From IMG/VR virus record IMGVR_UViG_3300008110_000249: 64,000 nt of DNA. One strand, given 5' to 3'. Each line of letters begins with the position of its first letter. Position 1 is the stretch's first letter. This document shows, piece after piece, positions 43,401 to 51,309 of this stretch. The notes under the pieces were generated by a model. That model made no database searches and was not told where the DNA came from. It saw only the letters and a program-made list of their open reading frames with translations. Source of the stretch: an uncultured virus (IMG/VR IMGVR_UViG_3300008110_000249) (lineage: Duplodnaviria > Heunggongvirae > Uroviricota > Caudoviricetes). A program made the position numbers and the translations under genes.

Positions 43401-45615
43401 AGGTGCAGGATATGCGGTGTTGCCCCAAATTATAATCGAACCATCAATTGTACTTACTTTTGCTAGTTCAAGTGTCAATTTATCTTCTAGTACAGTAGAG
43501 TTATTTGCACCCGTATTACAAACAGGAGACTTAATTCAATATAGTGTAGGATCAAATTCTACTAACATTATTGGTCTTAAAGAAGGACAATGGTATTATA
43601 TAAATGTATTAGAAACTGTACCGTCAGTTGTGATAGGATTTTATACTAATTATTTTAATGCGATTAATGATCATGATCGTGTTGTTTTATACACTGCCGG
43701 TACAGGATCACTTCATTATATAAGTTTAGGCGCTAAAGCAACAGCAATATCTACTTCTACTCCTGTACGTGAAAATAATATTTCTTTAAAATTTGATAGA
43801 ACCACATACGATTCGCAGATAATAGATTGGAAAACTGGTTTATACTATGGTTCTTATTATGCAGGAGAATTAAACAATAGGGAATCTGTGGCAAGTTCAT
43901 CAATAACATTATTTGCTACTCAACCTCCTATATCAGAAATATTAGCAAGTGCTCAGGGAATATCTTTTGAAATTAATAATGCTCAAAATGAAAGATTAAT
44001 ATCATACAGTTCATTTATTAGAAATGTGGATAGCACGATATCTAGTAATGACAGTATAAGGTTTACACTACAAGATGATGGAAGTGGAAATCCTAATGCG
44101 TCCGGCGGTACTAATGGCTTTTATATAGGTATGCCTATAAAATTTAACGGTGCAGTGGGAGCAAGTGGACTGTTAGAAGAACAGGTTTATTATGTTAATA
44201 GTATTATTAATCAAACTGATTTTACTATATCTCAAAATTCCACTGGCTCACCTATATTTACTCTTTCTAATTGGACTGTTGTAGCACCTGGATTAAATTG
44301 TTATGTTGGTCAAATAACTGATACCGCAGTTCTTACAGTTAATTATCCGGGAATCAGAAATATATCATCTACTCAAAGTGTTACAAATAAAATAACTGTA
44401 CCTTTAAATCCTAGTGGTACTGGAGGTACTGAAGGATTTTATATAGATATTCCTATATTTTTTACTGGAACAAATAATACTTTACCTGAAAACGGTGTAT
44501 TTGGTGGAATAGTAGAAAATGATGTATATTATGTTACTACTATAATAGACAGTGAAACATTCACTATGTCTAAAACAAAAAATCCACAACAATTTAATGT
44601 GGTGTCAACTACTTCCGGTAGTAATGTAATAACTATAGACACTGATGAAGGTACTACGAGTTTATTATCAATAAATGAACCAATTATCTTCAATAATATG
44701 ATAAATGCAGGAGTTTCGGTAACTAATTTCGGTGGATTGGTTTCCGGCACGGTATATTACGTTTCGGCTATTATCAATACTAGTTCTTTCAAGGTTTCTA
44801 CTCTAATCAATGGCTCTGTATTATCATTGTCTACCGTATCGGCTGCATCGAATACTTCCGTATTGTTGACGAGTCAAAAGGATGTATTTCAGTTAGTTAC
44901 TGAGACAGCCGATACTATGGTAGTAAATGTTAATCTTCCAGTAAGTCCGGGACAAGTTAATGGACAACAATTTACTTTCTATCAAACTTCCTCATTATAT
45001 ACAGACATTAGTGGAACTGATACTCAATTAATTGATAGGGGGATAGCAGCATTAATAGGTGATAGAGTGGTTCCTGCAACTCAATTAATTACAGGACAAG
45101 AATATACTATTCTAACAGTAGGTACTACAGACTTCACACTAGTTGGAGCATCTAGTAATACTATTGGTGTAGTATTTACTGCTACTGAATCTGCATTGGG
45201 TACAGGAACAGTTACTATTTCAGTGAATATTGTGGCTATGGATAACTATAATCCGGGTGATGTAGTGGCACAATTATTGAGTGGTATATATAATAATCTA
45301 CCATTAGAAGTATCAGTAACGTTGGGAGTAGACTTTTTACAATCAGGTACAACATATTATGTTGTAGATAGTGATATAATTCAAGTTACAATAACAAGTA
45401 CATCATCTACTGGAAATACATTAACATGCGAATCTACTAGTCAATTATTTATTGATATGCCCATAACATTTTCAGGATCTGGTATGGGAGGAGTAGAGAT
45501 TGACGTAGAATATTGGATAAAAACTATAGTAGATAATCAAAGATTTGTTATATTAAACTGTCTACCACAGCAGGCGGAACCGTTATTGATCCAGGTGATA
45601 CGCAGCAAACTGTAA
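31468..45615 (+). CDS. Giant baseplate/virion structural protein, N-terminal part (4715 aa)
   Basis: Follows gp6 (gp7 position). Has FG-GAP-like propeller repeats, YINEVKPYH, and many beta-rich YYV repeats. Confidence 0.8.
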   Translation: MSARIRTLDFLPEVFKTKTNAQFLAATLDQVVAQPEIKKIQGYIGSKVGYGINAKDYYVTEPTKTRTEYQLDPSIIFKKSNENTAKDFITYPGVLDALKLEGGIVENNNRLFNSQFYSWDSFTNLDKVINYNQYYWLPEGPASVVVTNDIVYYSNDYTITDNPTTYTVTSVDESVGSVNPTLTFLRGGTYTFHVNQSTAFWIQGEPGTTGFSVAQPNMQTRDILGVTNNGIDQGIVTFTVPQKDAQSEYDFPGNNLVDVISNIPFNQLNGSRVSDLINGVDNVTLLNGLTVMFYNTGVPSEIGYISNFFDYTSYDYNNDITNLLTVSITDTNAVTNEITCNSTANLSVNNTIIFTGAPVGNLTIYSGGSPYTIFYIKEITGPTTFIISSELDFYNPVVSSEIESGRQYKIVSLGTTDFTLIGAASNTVGLIFTATGSGIGTGTATLDSTYQLITDTGLTTGVINQGEYEQGYYTNVNDYFYKITYVGDPSDPVIRLTEHSTIPTSQKITAVYGLEYISRSFYRNSLGYINIIPYLSAQLDTLYYQDGSSASKVGKIRLIENNLTNSLDVDLDILGKDQFTSTNGVVFTNGLKVNFQGDVVPSSYLNGEYYVEGVGTAIELIPTTDFVTPEKYTSTSYVAWDTMPWDSTAWEGNSYIPTIPEYITIARNSIDKNAWSRGNRWFHIDVINATALYNNNPQLVTVYTGLDNKAKRPIIEFYPNLKLFDNGVQGKSSVDFVDIRTTDAFTYVSGQQNYYPDIEVYSEYTGTISSVNYIAYRQIISGNNTTGIFDTDTGYDTTGFRLNDLIVFDDITPTSGITAGAPYYISEIVSSTEFKISSSKNGNSVIPNILITGPYAFTWYPQSTTLSIDADAIVGNLSVGQYITDSTNVLPRNSQVLEISGTSTLTVTIGWDILSTYFTTQTNSSIVASDTTVDNYALFDGARIVFSADMNTKNKIYVSRISKVSSSSPALITLYEAEDGDVLPDQQVVVLRGYQNAGLNLWYDGIDWVNGQQKTDVNQAPLFDVFDENNISFGDKTVYFGTSFIGNKLFSYGLGTGLDDKILGFPIRYSSVDNIGDISFDVSINSSTFDYVQGIKPITQKVNTGYVFEYKNRTEYIRQLGWQTAVSPSIQYQIFSFNYDPLIPNVTFVCDISKLSSTETNWPTIKVFNNNQILSTTEYTVTVGPTTTEVTLSNTPLTETVIQIFILSNQVSNTGYYEIPINLNNNPLNDDLTIVDIGDIRGQYQSMFFNNPNSTGNVFGSNNFRDLGNMVPWGDKIIQNSASFPLMGAFLREPKFNIFNALQFNSKEYIKFKNLLTFTVQNTDYERRYSASEMLDDALDQITSTKTENQSFFWSDMLPSKSPYSVNSYSFANSLAVSIYPLTRVYDFTSANYYGVLVYLTRTTNNITTVTQLIKNVDYNISADSPSLTVTISLLPNDIITIKEYNQTYGSYVPNTPSKLGLYPSYEPEVILDINYNTPTYFIRGHDGSYNKLYGEYNSLTQQLEDFRDQVLLEFELRIFNNLKISAEIPISEYELIPGYFRQTEYSSEEWINIYSPQFLNWIGQNRLNYKTQFYNVANSFTYNYNQSGNSIDKSVINQGYWRGVYQYYFDTTTPNTTPWEMLGFTSIPTWWTDRYGPAPYTSDNLVLWSDLQDGLIWNNGDAYVDPLFARPGLLDIIPVDDGGNLLSPIDSVVGNYNSKLFQKDWKVGDNSPVEFSYRRSSTFPFDLIRILALTKPAKFFNLASNLDDYKYNEEFNQYLVNNRSHLKLSDISIYGNGVPSTSFINWVVDYQKQVGIDATVQLTEYLNNIDVRLVYRLAGFSDKTRLKFYVEKGSPNSNNASLLIPDESFGVLLYDNQPFNRIIYSGLVVQKAEKGFTVYGNSQNFAYFKTLKPKFSGNYENITIEKASVKITNEHFAIEQNIPYNTTFYTIQEVAQFISDYGAYLEYLGMEFLSQEQDVTINWDQMIAEFLYWSQQGWTVGSLITLNPAAKNLTINKDSNIVQPLTIQQQNFVLNQNLYPIQIKDLCIDRQDTRFNIEALNQGDVISYGQFNLSNFEHGIVFDNVTLFGDVIYNLVTGLRQNRILLKGVKSASWNGTINAAGFIYNQNNIEEWNGNRTYTKGEIVLYKNKYWISEKIVQPNSIFNENEWKITDYDEIQKGLLPNSSTSSYESTLYYDVNQANLELDADLLSFSLIGYRPRDYMALADLSDITQVNVYKNIIKDKGTLNSTSAFKGAQLPQGGINYDVFENWSIKSGEFGGVLNDNFVEFKVNQKYMTGNPSIVGLTDGVHYVGVQQEVPLYSLFNYGRPISTPNILPTIPNEQPSVLFPTAGYVNYNDVKMSAFYYAQLSTAINKNGTVIPIQQFYVRDYAWLANYLENWDIFTPNSIGQVISIINNLNDSLTIIFNKPHTLSEFEPFAIVNFDPVIDDYYLVAVVIDQYRVLVTKALDPSIKTITGQGIGLRFQSQRVSTVSDIETLPLLDAEFRKNTVWVDTASSGSWAVYRKDINYKLQNQIVKNTTQSLGSAVAVGEQLGYLIGDADDGKVYRYTYNSLAKEYQLVQIISGNVGFGSTIAYSGNIYAIAQPTGVGRTVKLYQLQNTPVSDDFILVQTISFPTGATTWGTSIAISGDQNWIYISDIDNNIIHVYLRSTVITSAGYLTIGDTYIITEVGTTDFTSIGSTSNVVGTIFIATGIGSGTGVCINYTYRNVTSIDGDALGLTTAGDNFGYSLSTDYDGDCIVIGAPNKDINGISNWGSAYIFSRIEQNIEVQNSIVPATYPLIWTPTSLSGAVTDTNSVGNVITITVALDAVEDINKPIMFSGSGFTGTDIITNNIYYVSSISGYDITIKETRESIVDVSIITASGISNANAYIQTEQLNVFKNGTLVQDNNYAAVSNTLVYLGSVIPGDIITVSGYEIVRTQTLTTAESPQIGAQFGLSLDTNTHASEILVGAPFQLNSQVQEGVVYRFTNVGAKFGTITGTTDCTITTTRKILINGYLVTLDSGNAESVATTIRNANITNITASSDAGKLTISLINNDLAPINQKLFLNFDSITTIQELGLTLYVNTQDIMCPHKYGPTQFGTVVKFNQYDSFVASAPVGTRYSATTFDFIDDENQDNDTIFDNNATCWVDESENFGAVYMFDYLAEFNANINNPGKFIYAQSVNSPNLAYTPFNTYDQTSDITTSNQPRYGTALDFNGYSVIVGTPNDIGSTSGTNYAGSATIYFNSLNVRDWSIYRYSSDVVDIDKIFNIQLFNAETNVTMVSLDYIDPLQGKILGAARENIDFISNVDPAQYNNSESLPKGIIWTENNLGQIWLNTKNMRYVNYHQNNDVNYNSQYWGTLFPGSDVAVYSWISSTVAPSQYTGPGIPYDVNLYSIQLVLDSSDALVPVYYFWARNTNIIFSNRNKTLADSVISDYILSPKASGISYFAPLMSSVYGLYNCDSYFDANNTVLHIGYKTGDTNTPSHSEFNLIRDGNPDDFLPGIPLLNNSIPENLYSKLLDSLSGVTVSGSVVPNPYLPKVVQSGVLSRPRQSFFYNRFTALKNYLQYANNILSKYPITEIRQASFLNSTGVFFNTSSYWEYVNWWAFGYNNTTKASLQVPIYASLSTLNVPIGTIVSVSANDNGNQETYIFEGDGIWTRIGLTNGTINFKSSLWDYESSRLGYGDNFFDTDLYDTYPSEETRNIIRALNEEIYTNELLIYRNQSLILLFKYIQSETSENQNYLPWLNKTSFIDVSHTIRELRPIEVYQEDNQNFLFGYINEVKPYHVLIKEFLLKYTKTEMFSGNLTDFDLPAKYNSSLGKFVTPEIVYSNANDDGQYLPNDPIWEEPEYREWKQNYGLSLTGEIDVLLTTLASYIALNSTSFIVDNAQGFPVTGIIKIDDELIAYASVDRALNIISEITRGVNQTSVATHIPNTPIYTDLPPVIVLDSGRAYIEPPKVTAYIDTSMYPIPSRPAQLEAVMSSDSMISVNVIDAGAGYAVLPQIIIEPSIVLTFASSSVNLSSSTVELFAPVLQTGDLIQYSVGSNSTNIIGLKEGQWYYINVLETVPSVVIGFYTNYFNAINDHDRVVLYTAGTGSLHYISLGAKATAISTSTPVRENNISLKFDRTTYDSQIIDWKTGLYYGSYYAGELNNRESVASSSITLFATQPPISEILASAQGISFEINNAQNERLISYSSFIRNVDSTISSNDSIRFTLQDDGSGNPNASGGTNGFYIGMPIKFNGAVGASGLLEEQVYYVNSIINQTDFTISQNSTGSPIFTLSNWTVVAPGLNCYVGQITDTAVLTVNYPGIRNISSTQSVTNKITVPLNPSGTGGTEGFYIDIPIFFTGTNNTLPENGVFGGIVENDVYYVTTIIDSETFTMSKTKNPQQFNVVSTTSGSNVITIDTDEGTTSLLSINEPIIFNNMINAGVSVTNFGGLVSGTVYYVSAIINTSSFKVSTLINGSVLSLSTVSAASNTSVLLTSQKDVFQLVTETADTMVVNVNLPVSPGQVNGQQFTFYQTSSLYTDISGTDTQLIDRGIAALIGDRVVPATQLITGQEYTILTVGTTDFTLVGASSNTIGVVFTATESALGTGTVTISVNIVAMDNYNPGDVVAQLLSGIYNNLPLEVSVTLGVDFLQSGTTYYVVDSDIIQVTITSTSSTGNTLTCESTSQLFIDMPITFSGSGMGGVEIDVEYWIKTIVDNQRFVILNCLPQQAEPLLIQVIRSKL

Positions 45616-48600
45616 CTATCAGCATAGCAGGCCCAGCCGTAATTACTACAAACGAAGTTCCGGCAGTAAACACTTCCATAATCTTTAGAACTACCGGGGC
45701 TCTTCCTAGTGGCATGGCACAAAATACGATATATTATGTACAACCACTAACACCAACTACATTTAACATTTCATCCACGTTAGGCGGAGCATTAATTACT
45801 ACTACAGGAACACAGTCAGGTATACATACAATGATTGTAGTAGAAGATTGTAGATGGTATCAAACCCCAACAATAACTCCGATATTTGATATATCATATA
45901 TGTTAGGTGGGTACAGAGTATTAATCAAAGATCCTGGAGAAGGATATGCAATCGATAATGTTATAACTATACCAGGTAATTTAATAGGTGGCACAACGCC
46001 ATTGAATGATTTGACGTTGACAATACTTACTGTTGATAGTAATGGTGAGATTATAGAACTTATTAGAAACGGAACGCCGGCCGGCGACATAAACAAATAT
46101 TATGTAAAAGTAATATCATCTACTCAATTCGCATTGTATCAAGATGCATTATTGACTGTTCCTGTAAGCGGATTGGGTTTACCTTATGTTGGGCTAACAG
46201 AAACTACAGTTACAGGCTTAGATTCATCAACTGATGAATTAACTTTTGCGGATGCTTCTAATTTTATAGTAAATGATCCTATTGTTTTCACTGGCGATCT
46301 TACTCCTACAGTAGGTGCATTAACTCAAGGGCAAACATATTATATTACATCTATCGTTGGAAATGACGTAACAGTATCTGATATTCCAGGTGGAACGAAC
46401 ATTAATGTAGTTACTACTATTAGTTCTGATTTCACTGTTGCTAAATTAGGTTCATTTATGTTATTGCCAGAACCCTTTATTTTCAATCAAAGCATAGTAA
46501 AATATAATAATAGAGTGTATGTTTGTATCATTTCTAATAATGATGATGAATTTGTTTTTGGTAAATGGGAGTTACTAACTAGCGGAGACAATAGATTAAA
46601 CGCTATGGATAGAGTCGTTGGGTACTATGCTCCTACCATAAACATGCCTGGCCAAGACTTAACTCAATTGTTTGAAGGAGTGACTTACCCCAATAGCACA
46701 TATTTGGGTAATCCCTTTCAACCATCTCTACAATATCCCATTGATACTTATTTGCAAGATCAAGAATTTTATCCAACTAATATCGACATAAACTCAATTA
46801 TTTGGAACGGAGAAATTTATCTTGCAGGTGCAGACTCTCCTGAGTACTCAAGCATAATATCTAGTATTGATGGAGTAGAATGGTCAATAAGTAAATTGAC
46901 TAATACTCCTATAGGAATAACGGATTTAATTTACACAGGTGAATATTATTTAGCAACTTCTAGCAATTCTGCAACTCCTATATTCAGAAGTAACGACGGA
47001 ATTACTTGGACTACGAATGGATATTTTACTCCATGGGGGAGTGGTTCATACGATAGCGAAAACTATGATTCAACTGCTCTTACTGTTTCATCATTGTATC
47101 TTAATTCGGTAGCCTACAGAAATAATTTGTATGTTGCGGTGGGCAATAATATAGTATCCAGTGATGATACGTATGTATGGAGAGAACGATTAGCATTCAC
47201 TGATCCTAGACTAGAAAATAAATTATTTGGTGTTGATGGAGTAACAGTGAGTTCTTTTGTTGGGTTCGTCGCAGTCGGCAAGGGACAAACATATAATTAT
47301 TCTAGTGGACTTACTGAGATAATTGACATTAACTTAATTTACACCAGTACCGACGGAATAATATGGAATACTATTCCATATGTATCTAACTTAGGTTTAT
47401 ATTCAGTAACTGATAATGGCTCTGATATAGTAGCAGTAGGGGAAGAAGGAATAATCTACATCTCAAATAATGGAACACAATGGTTAGGTATTAACGAAGT
47501 TGAGGTACTAAGTGTCAATCAAACACTAAATCAAATAATTGTAACCAATACCTCAGGTTTTAGTGTTAATAGTGAAATAAAATTTAGCCAAAGTTTCAAT
47601 GTATTCACTGCAGGTACATCTTACTATGTAAAAACAATAGTAACATCTACTCAAATTACATTAAGTGCTACTATAGGTGGTGCAACGATATCTATAACTG
47701 ATATTAATCCAATAACAACTACTTTCATGTTTTCGCCTAGAACTTCTACATTACGAGATGTTTATTTTGACAATGGCGTGTATATTGCTGTAGGCGATTT
47801 AGGTTTAATAAAATCTTCATCAGATGGATATACTTGGACAGTCAGAAATTCAGGTACTATTGAGAATTTGAATGGGGTAAATTATACATTTGCAACAATA
47901 ACTGCTGGTAGTTTTGTTATTGGCAAATCATATACTATATTGACAATAGGAAACACAGATTTTACTTTAATAGGTGCATCTTCAAATACTGTAGGAATCA
48001 CATTTTTGGCTACAGGAATAGGAATAGGTAATGGTACAGCAACGACCACAGATAATTTATGGATAGTTTGTGGTGATAATAATATTATTTTAAGTAGTAT
48101 TGATAATGGAATTACATGGCTAAGTTCATCAGTGTTTTCACAGGAACCTACGTTGTATGATGTTCAAGGAAATGAATTTACATTTGGATATGGACCGGAA
48201 GAATTAGTACCAGGTAACGTAACTGATAATACTACTATCACAGTTATTACTAGACCCGGAACTAATTGGGACGAGACAGTGTATCAACATGTAGGTTACA
48301 ATGTAGTTTCATTAGAATTGGTCCCTGAATCCGGGACACAAACTGTGTATAGTTTTGCTGTAGGTAATTTATATAATGTACAGAGTCCTGCAAAAATATC
48401 AGTTTTTGTGATTGACGGATCATCAGGCTTAAGTTATTCGTTGTATAGTACCGATTATACTACAGATTGGATAAACAATACAATTACACTAAATAATCCA
48501 CTTCAATATTCCCCGATAACCGATCGTCTGAGAATAGATGTTTATGAAGTGGGCAATGGTAATCAATTAGTTAAAGCAAGTACAAAAACGGATCCTATTA

Positions 48601-51293
48601 GAACAAACGATACGACCGGGTGGAATGAAATTTATGTCAACTGTAACTATACGGGTGAAATTTATTCTGGCTCAGGTATAATTAGACCTACAACATATGC
48701 AGTAGATGTCTTAGCAACAGAAACAGATAGCGTTTCTAATTCAATAACATGTGAAAATGTTAATGATTTTATACTAAATGATCCAATAAGATTCCAAGGT
48801 TCTACATTTGGGGGAGTGTTAGAAGATACCACGTATTATGTAAAAACTATAAGTTATATTACTAATAGAATTACAATATCTACCACTATAAATCTAGGCA
48901 CAGGAACTGCAGGTCCTACCTTAGCATTAACAAATGGCTCAGGTAACATGAATGTAATCATTAAAATAGGATACGGAGCAACTTGGTCTACACCTATAAT
49001 ATATCATAACGGTAATAAGTTGTTGTTAGGAACTACTAGCACTGTAACTAGAACTAAAACTTCTAGTAATTCAATAGTCACTAACACAACTTCAGGTATG
49101 ATATTAAATGAACCAGTGACATTCAGTAATACTATGTTTGGGGGAGTTTTATTACCGCAGACTACCTATTACATTAAATCAATTGTTGATGATAATGAAT
49201 TCACCGTATCTGCTACTCCTGGAGGCGCTGTAATTACATTAACGAATGCTACCGGAGGTGCAGAGTTCATAACAAATGATTATGCATTTGGAATTTCACC
49301 CAACGGCATTACTGCAAAGATTATTTTTTCAAGAACCGATTATAATAGTGATACCGATTATATAGTATACAGTTTGTTCGGAGAAACAACTCCGTTCCAA
49401 TATGAATATAGTATCCCGGAGATTCAAACAATAGTCGGTGACGGCACAATAGGTCCATTCAGTTTAGATAATTTTGTAGGGGATGCTAATCCTATAAATG
49501 CAGTAGTAGAATTAAATGGACTACGTTTGGATCAAAGTCAGTATTCTATAAGTTCAGTATTTAATGAAATAACTTTCACTTCGGCTCCTGCTATTAATGA
49601 TACTATTGCTGTTACAACGTATAATTCGACAGATAGGCAATATTTTAATACTCAATACGGTATAACCGGTAAAACAGTATCGTCTATCGTAGGTATAGAT
49701 AATTCAATATCCCCGTATTCTACTATAGTATTAGTGACTAACACTACTACAGGAACCAATTATGTGACCTGTAGTAGTACTACAGGAATGGCTTCTGGGC
49801 AAACTATAATATTTAAGGGTGCATCGGCATTAGGTAACATACAAGTAAATGGAACCGTTTATTATATACGACAGGTTATTAACTCTACCCAATTTACTAT
49901 ATCAGCAACTCCGGCCGGATCTGAATTTGCATTAACAACTGCGGCAGGCTCATTGGTTGCATATGCGGGCGGGTTACCGGCAGTTAGAATAACTACTGCT
50001 AACCCTCATAATCTGACTACTAACGATTTAGTTAGAATTGACGGGGTAGAAGGATCTATTCAGTTAAATAATAATACATATTACGTTCATGTATTAAACA
50101 CTACACAAGTAGATTTATATAGTGCTTCGTATAATCCTGCATTAAATGCAGTAAACTATCCAATAACGTTAATATCATCCTATATAGGTAATGGATATAT
50201 TTGGGAATCTGATTCCTACGTGTTAGTGACTACCATAGTCACACAGACCACAACTGATCCAATATTAGGAAATTATTTAACTGTTGCAGACACCGATGTA
50301 TTAGTTCCCGGAACTCCGGTAATCTTTACCGGAACGTCTTTGGGCGGAGTAGTATTAAATTCGCAATATTATATAAAAGAAATTATAAGTGCTACTACTT
50401 TTAGTATTTCAGAAACAAGATACGGTGATGCATTTGTATTATCAAACGACACGGGCTCTATGAATATTACACAATGGGAACAAGATTACACTGATAGGCT
50501 TTGGGTAACAGTACAAGGTTATAGAGTACCTTCAAGTTCATTAAGAATTAACAATAATAATGAAATAAGTATTCTAGTGGAAATCGGCACAACTGATGAA
50601 GTAATAATAACCAGTATGATGCCATCAGCAACCCCGAACGAAGAAATTTATTTGTTGAACATCAATAAATATGATCAAAGTGTGGTATATAGAGCAAATA
50701 CTCAGACAAGAACTTGGGTAACTCAACCAGTGTTAAGCACAGATTCTACGATTTTTGTTTCTGATGTTACTAGAGTAACTAATGTAAAAGTACAAAATAA
50801 TACTGTTCCTGTAGTCGTAGATGGTTATTATTATATAGGACTTACCGCAGATAAAAGAATTATATCTGACGTAAAAGTCTATAATAATACCACTGGTCAA
50901 TATATTTCTTCATCTCAATATCAGATAGTAATACAAAGTATTGCTCCTGTATTAAAACTACTAGCAGGAGGAAGTTTAACCACAGGAGATGTGTTAACTA
51001 TAACTGTTCTAGAAGGTAACCTAGTATATATTAACGGTGAACAGATCAAATTTAATACTGTTGATTTAACAAACAATACGATATCAGGGTTGACTCGAGG
51101 TGTAAATGGTACTGGAGAAAATTCGTATATACCGTTGTATACTGAGATATTTGGGTTATTATCCGATAATGAAATGCCTCCTGCTGATTATTATAAAACA
51201 TGGAATTCAAATACATATAATACAGCAGAAGGAGATCCATTACAAATAAGTACTACTGCTTCTGCGATTTTCTTACGAGGCGATATAAATTAA
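45555..51293 (+). CDS. Giant virion structural protein, C-terminal part; probably the same gene as 31468-45615, in the -1 frame
   Basis: This frame is open from 45537. It reads KLSTTAGGTVIDPGDTQQTVTISIAGPAVIT... upstream of the called ATG 45714, which has no RBS. It shares repeat families with the upstream ORF and has Asp-box SxDGxxW repeats. Confidence 0.75.
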   Translation, partial: KLSTTAGGTVIDPGDTQQTVTISIAGPAVITTNEVPAVNTSIIFRTTGALPSGMAQNTIYYVQPLTPTTFNISSTLGGALITTTGTQSGIHTMIVVEDCRWYQTPTITPIFDISYMLGGYRVLIKDPGEGYAIDNVITIPGNLIGGTTPLNDLTLTILTVDSNGEIIELIRNGTPAGDINKYYVKVISSTQFALYQDALLTVPVSGLGLPYVGLTETTVTGLDSSTDELTFADASNFIVNDPIVFTGDLTPTVGALTQGQTYYITSIVGNDVTVSDIPGGTNINVVTTISSDFTVAKLGSFMLLPEPFIFNQSIVKYNNRVYVCIISNNDDEFVFGKWELLTSGDNRLNAMDRVVGYYAPTINMPGQDLTQLFEGVTYPNSTYLGNPFQPSLQYPIDTYLQDQEFYPTNIDINSIIWNGEIYLAGADSPEYSSIISSIDGVEWSISKLTNTPIGITDLIYTGEYYLATSSNSATPIFRSNDGITWTTNGYFTPWGSGSYDSENYDSTALTVSSLYLNSVAYRNNLYVAVGNNIVSSDDTYVWRERLAFTDPRLENKLFGVDGVTVSSFVGFVAVGKGQTYNYSSGLTEIIDINLIYTSTDGIIWNTIPYVSNLGLYSVTDNGSDIVAVGEEGIIYISNNGTQWLGINEVEVLSVNQTLNQIIVTNTSGFSVNSEIKFSQSFNVFTAGTSYYVKTIVTSTQITLSATIGGATISITDINPITTTFMFSPRTSTLRDVYFDNGVYIAVGDLGLIKSSSDGYTWTVRNSGTIENLNGVNYTFATITAGSFVIGKSYTILTIGNTDFTLIGASSNTVGITFLATGIGIGNGTATTTDNLWIVCGDNNIILSSIDNGITWLSSSVFSQEPTLYDVQGNEFTFGYGPEELVPGNVTDNTTITVITRPGTNWDETVYQHVGYNVVSLELVPESGTQTVYSFAVGNLYNVQSPAKISVFVIDGSSGLSYSLYSTDYTTDWINNTITLNNPLQYSPITDRLRIDVYEVGNGNQLVKASTKTDPIRTNDTTGWNEIYVNCNYTGEIYSGSGIIRPTTYAVDVLATETDSVSNSITCENVNDFILNDPIRFQGSTFGGVLEDTTYYVKTISYITNRITISTTINLGTGTAGPTLALTNGSGNMNVIIKIGYGATWSTPIIYHNGNKLLLGTTSTVTRTKTSSNSIVTNTTSGMILNEPVTFSNTMFGGVLLPQTTYYIKSIVDDNEFTVSATPGGAVITLTNATGGAEFITNDYAFGISPNGITAKIIFSRTDYNSDTDYIVYSLFGETTPFQYEYSIPEIQTIVGDGTIGPFSLDNFVGDANPINAVVELNGLRLDQSQYSISSVFNEITFTSAPAINDTIAVTTYNSTDRQYFNTQYGITGKTVSSIVGIDNSISPYSTIVLVTNTTTGTNYVTCSSTTGMASGQTIIFKGASALGNIQVNGTVYYIRQVINSTQFTISATPAGSEFALTTAAGSLVAYAGGLPAVRITTANPHNLTTNDLVRIDGVEGSIQLNNNTYYVHVLNTTQVDLYSASYNPALNAVNYPITLISSYIGNGYIWESDSYVLVTTIVTQTTTDPILGNYLTVADTDVLVPGTPVIFTGTSLGGVVLNSQYYIKEIISATTFSISETRYGDAFVLSNDTGSMNITQWEQDYTDRLWVTVQGYRVPSSSLRINNNNEISILVEIGTTDEVIITSMMPSATPNEEIYLLNINKYDQSVVYRANTQTRTWVTQPVLSTDSTIFVSDVTRVTNVKVQNNTVPVVVDGYYYIGLTADKRIISDVKVYNNTTGQYISSSQYQIVIQSIAPVLKLLAGGSLTTGDVLTITVLEGNLVYINGEQIKFNTVDLTNNTISGLTRGVNGTGENSYIPLYTEIFGLLSDNEMPPADYYKTWNSNTYNTAEGDPLQISTTASAIFLRGDIN

Positions 51294-51309
51294 AAGATAA
51301 ATAAATATT

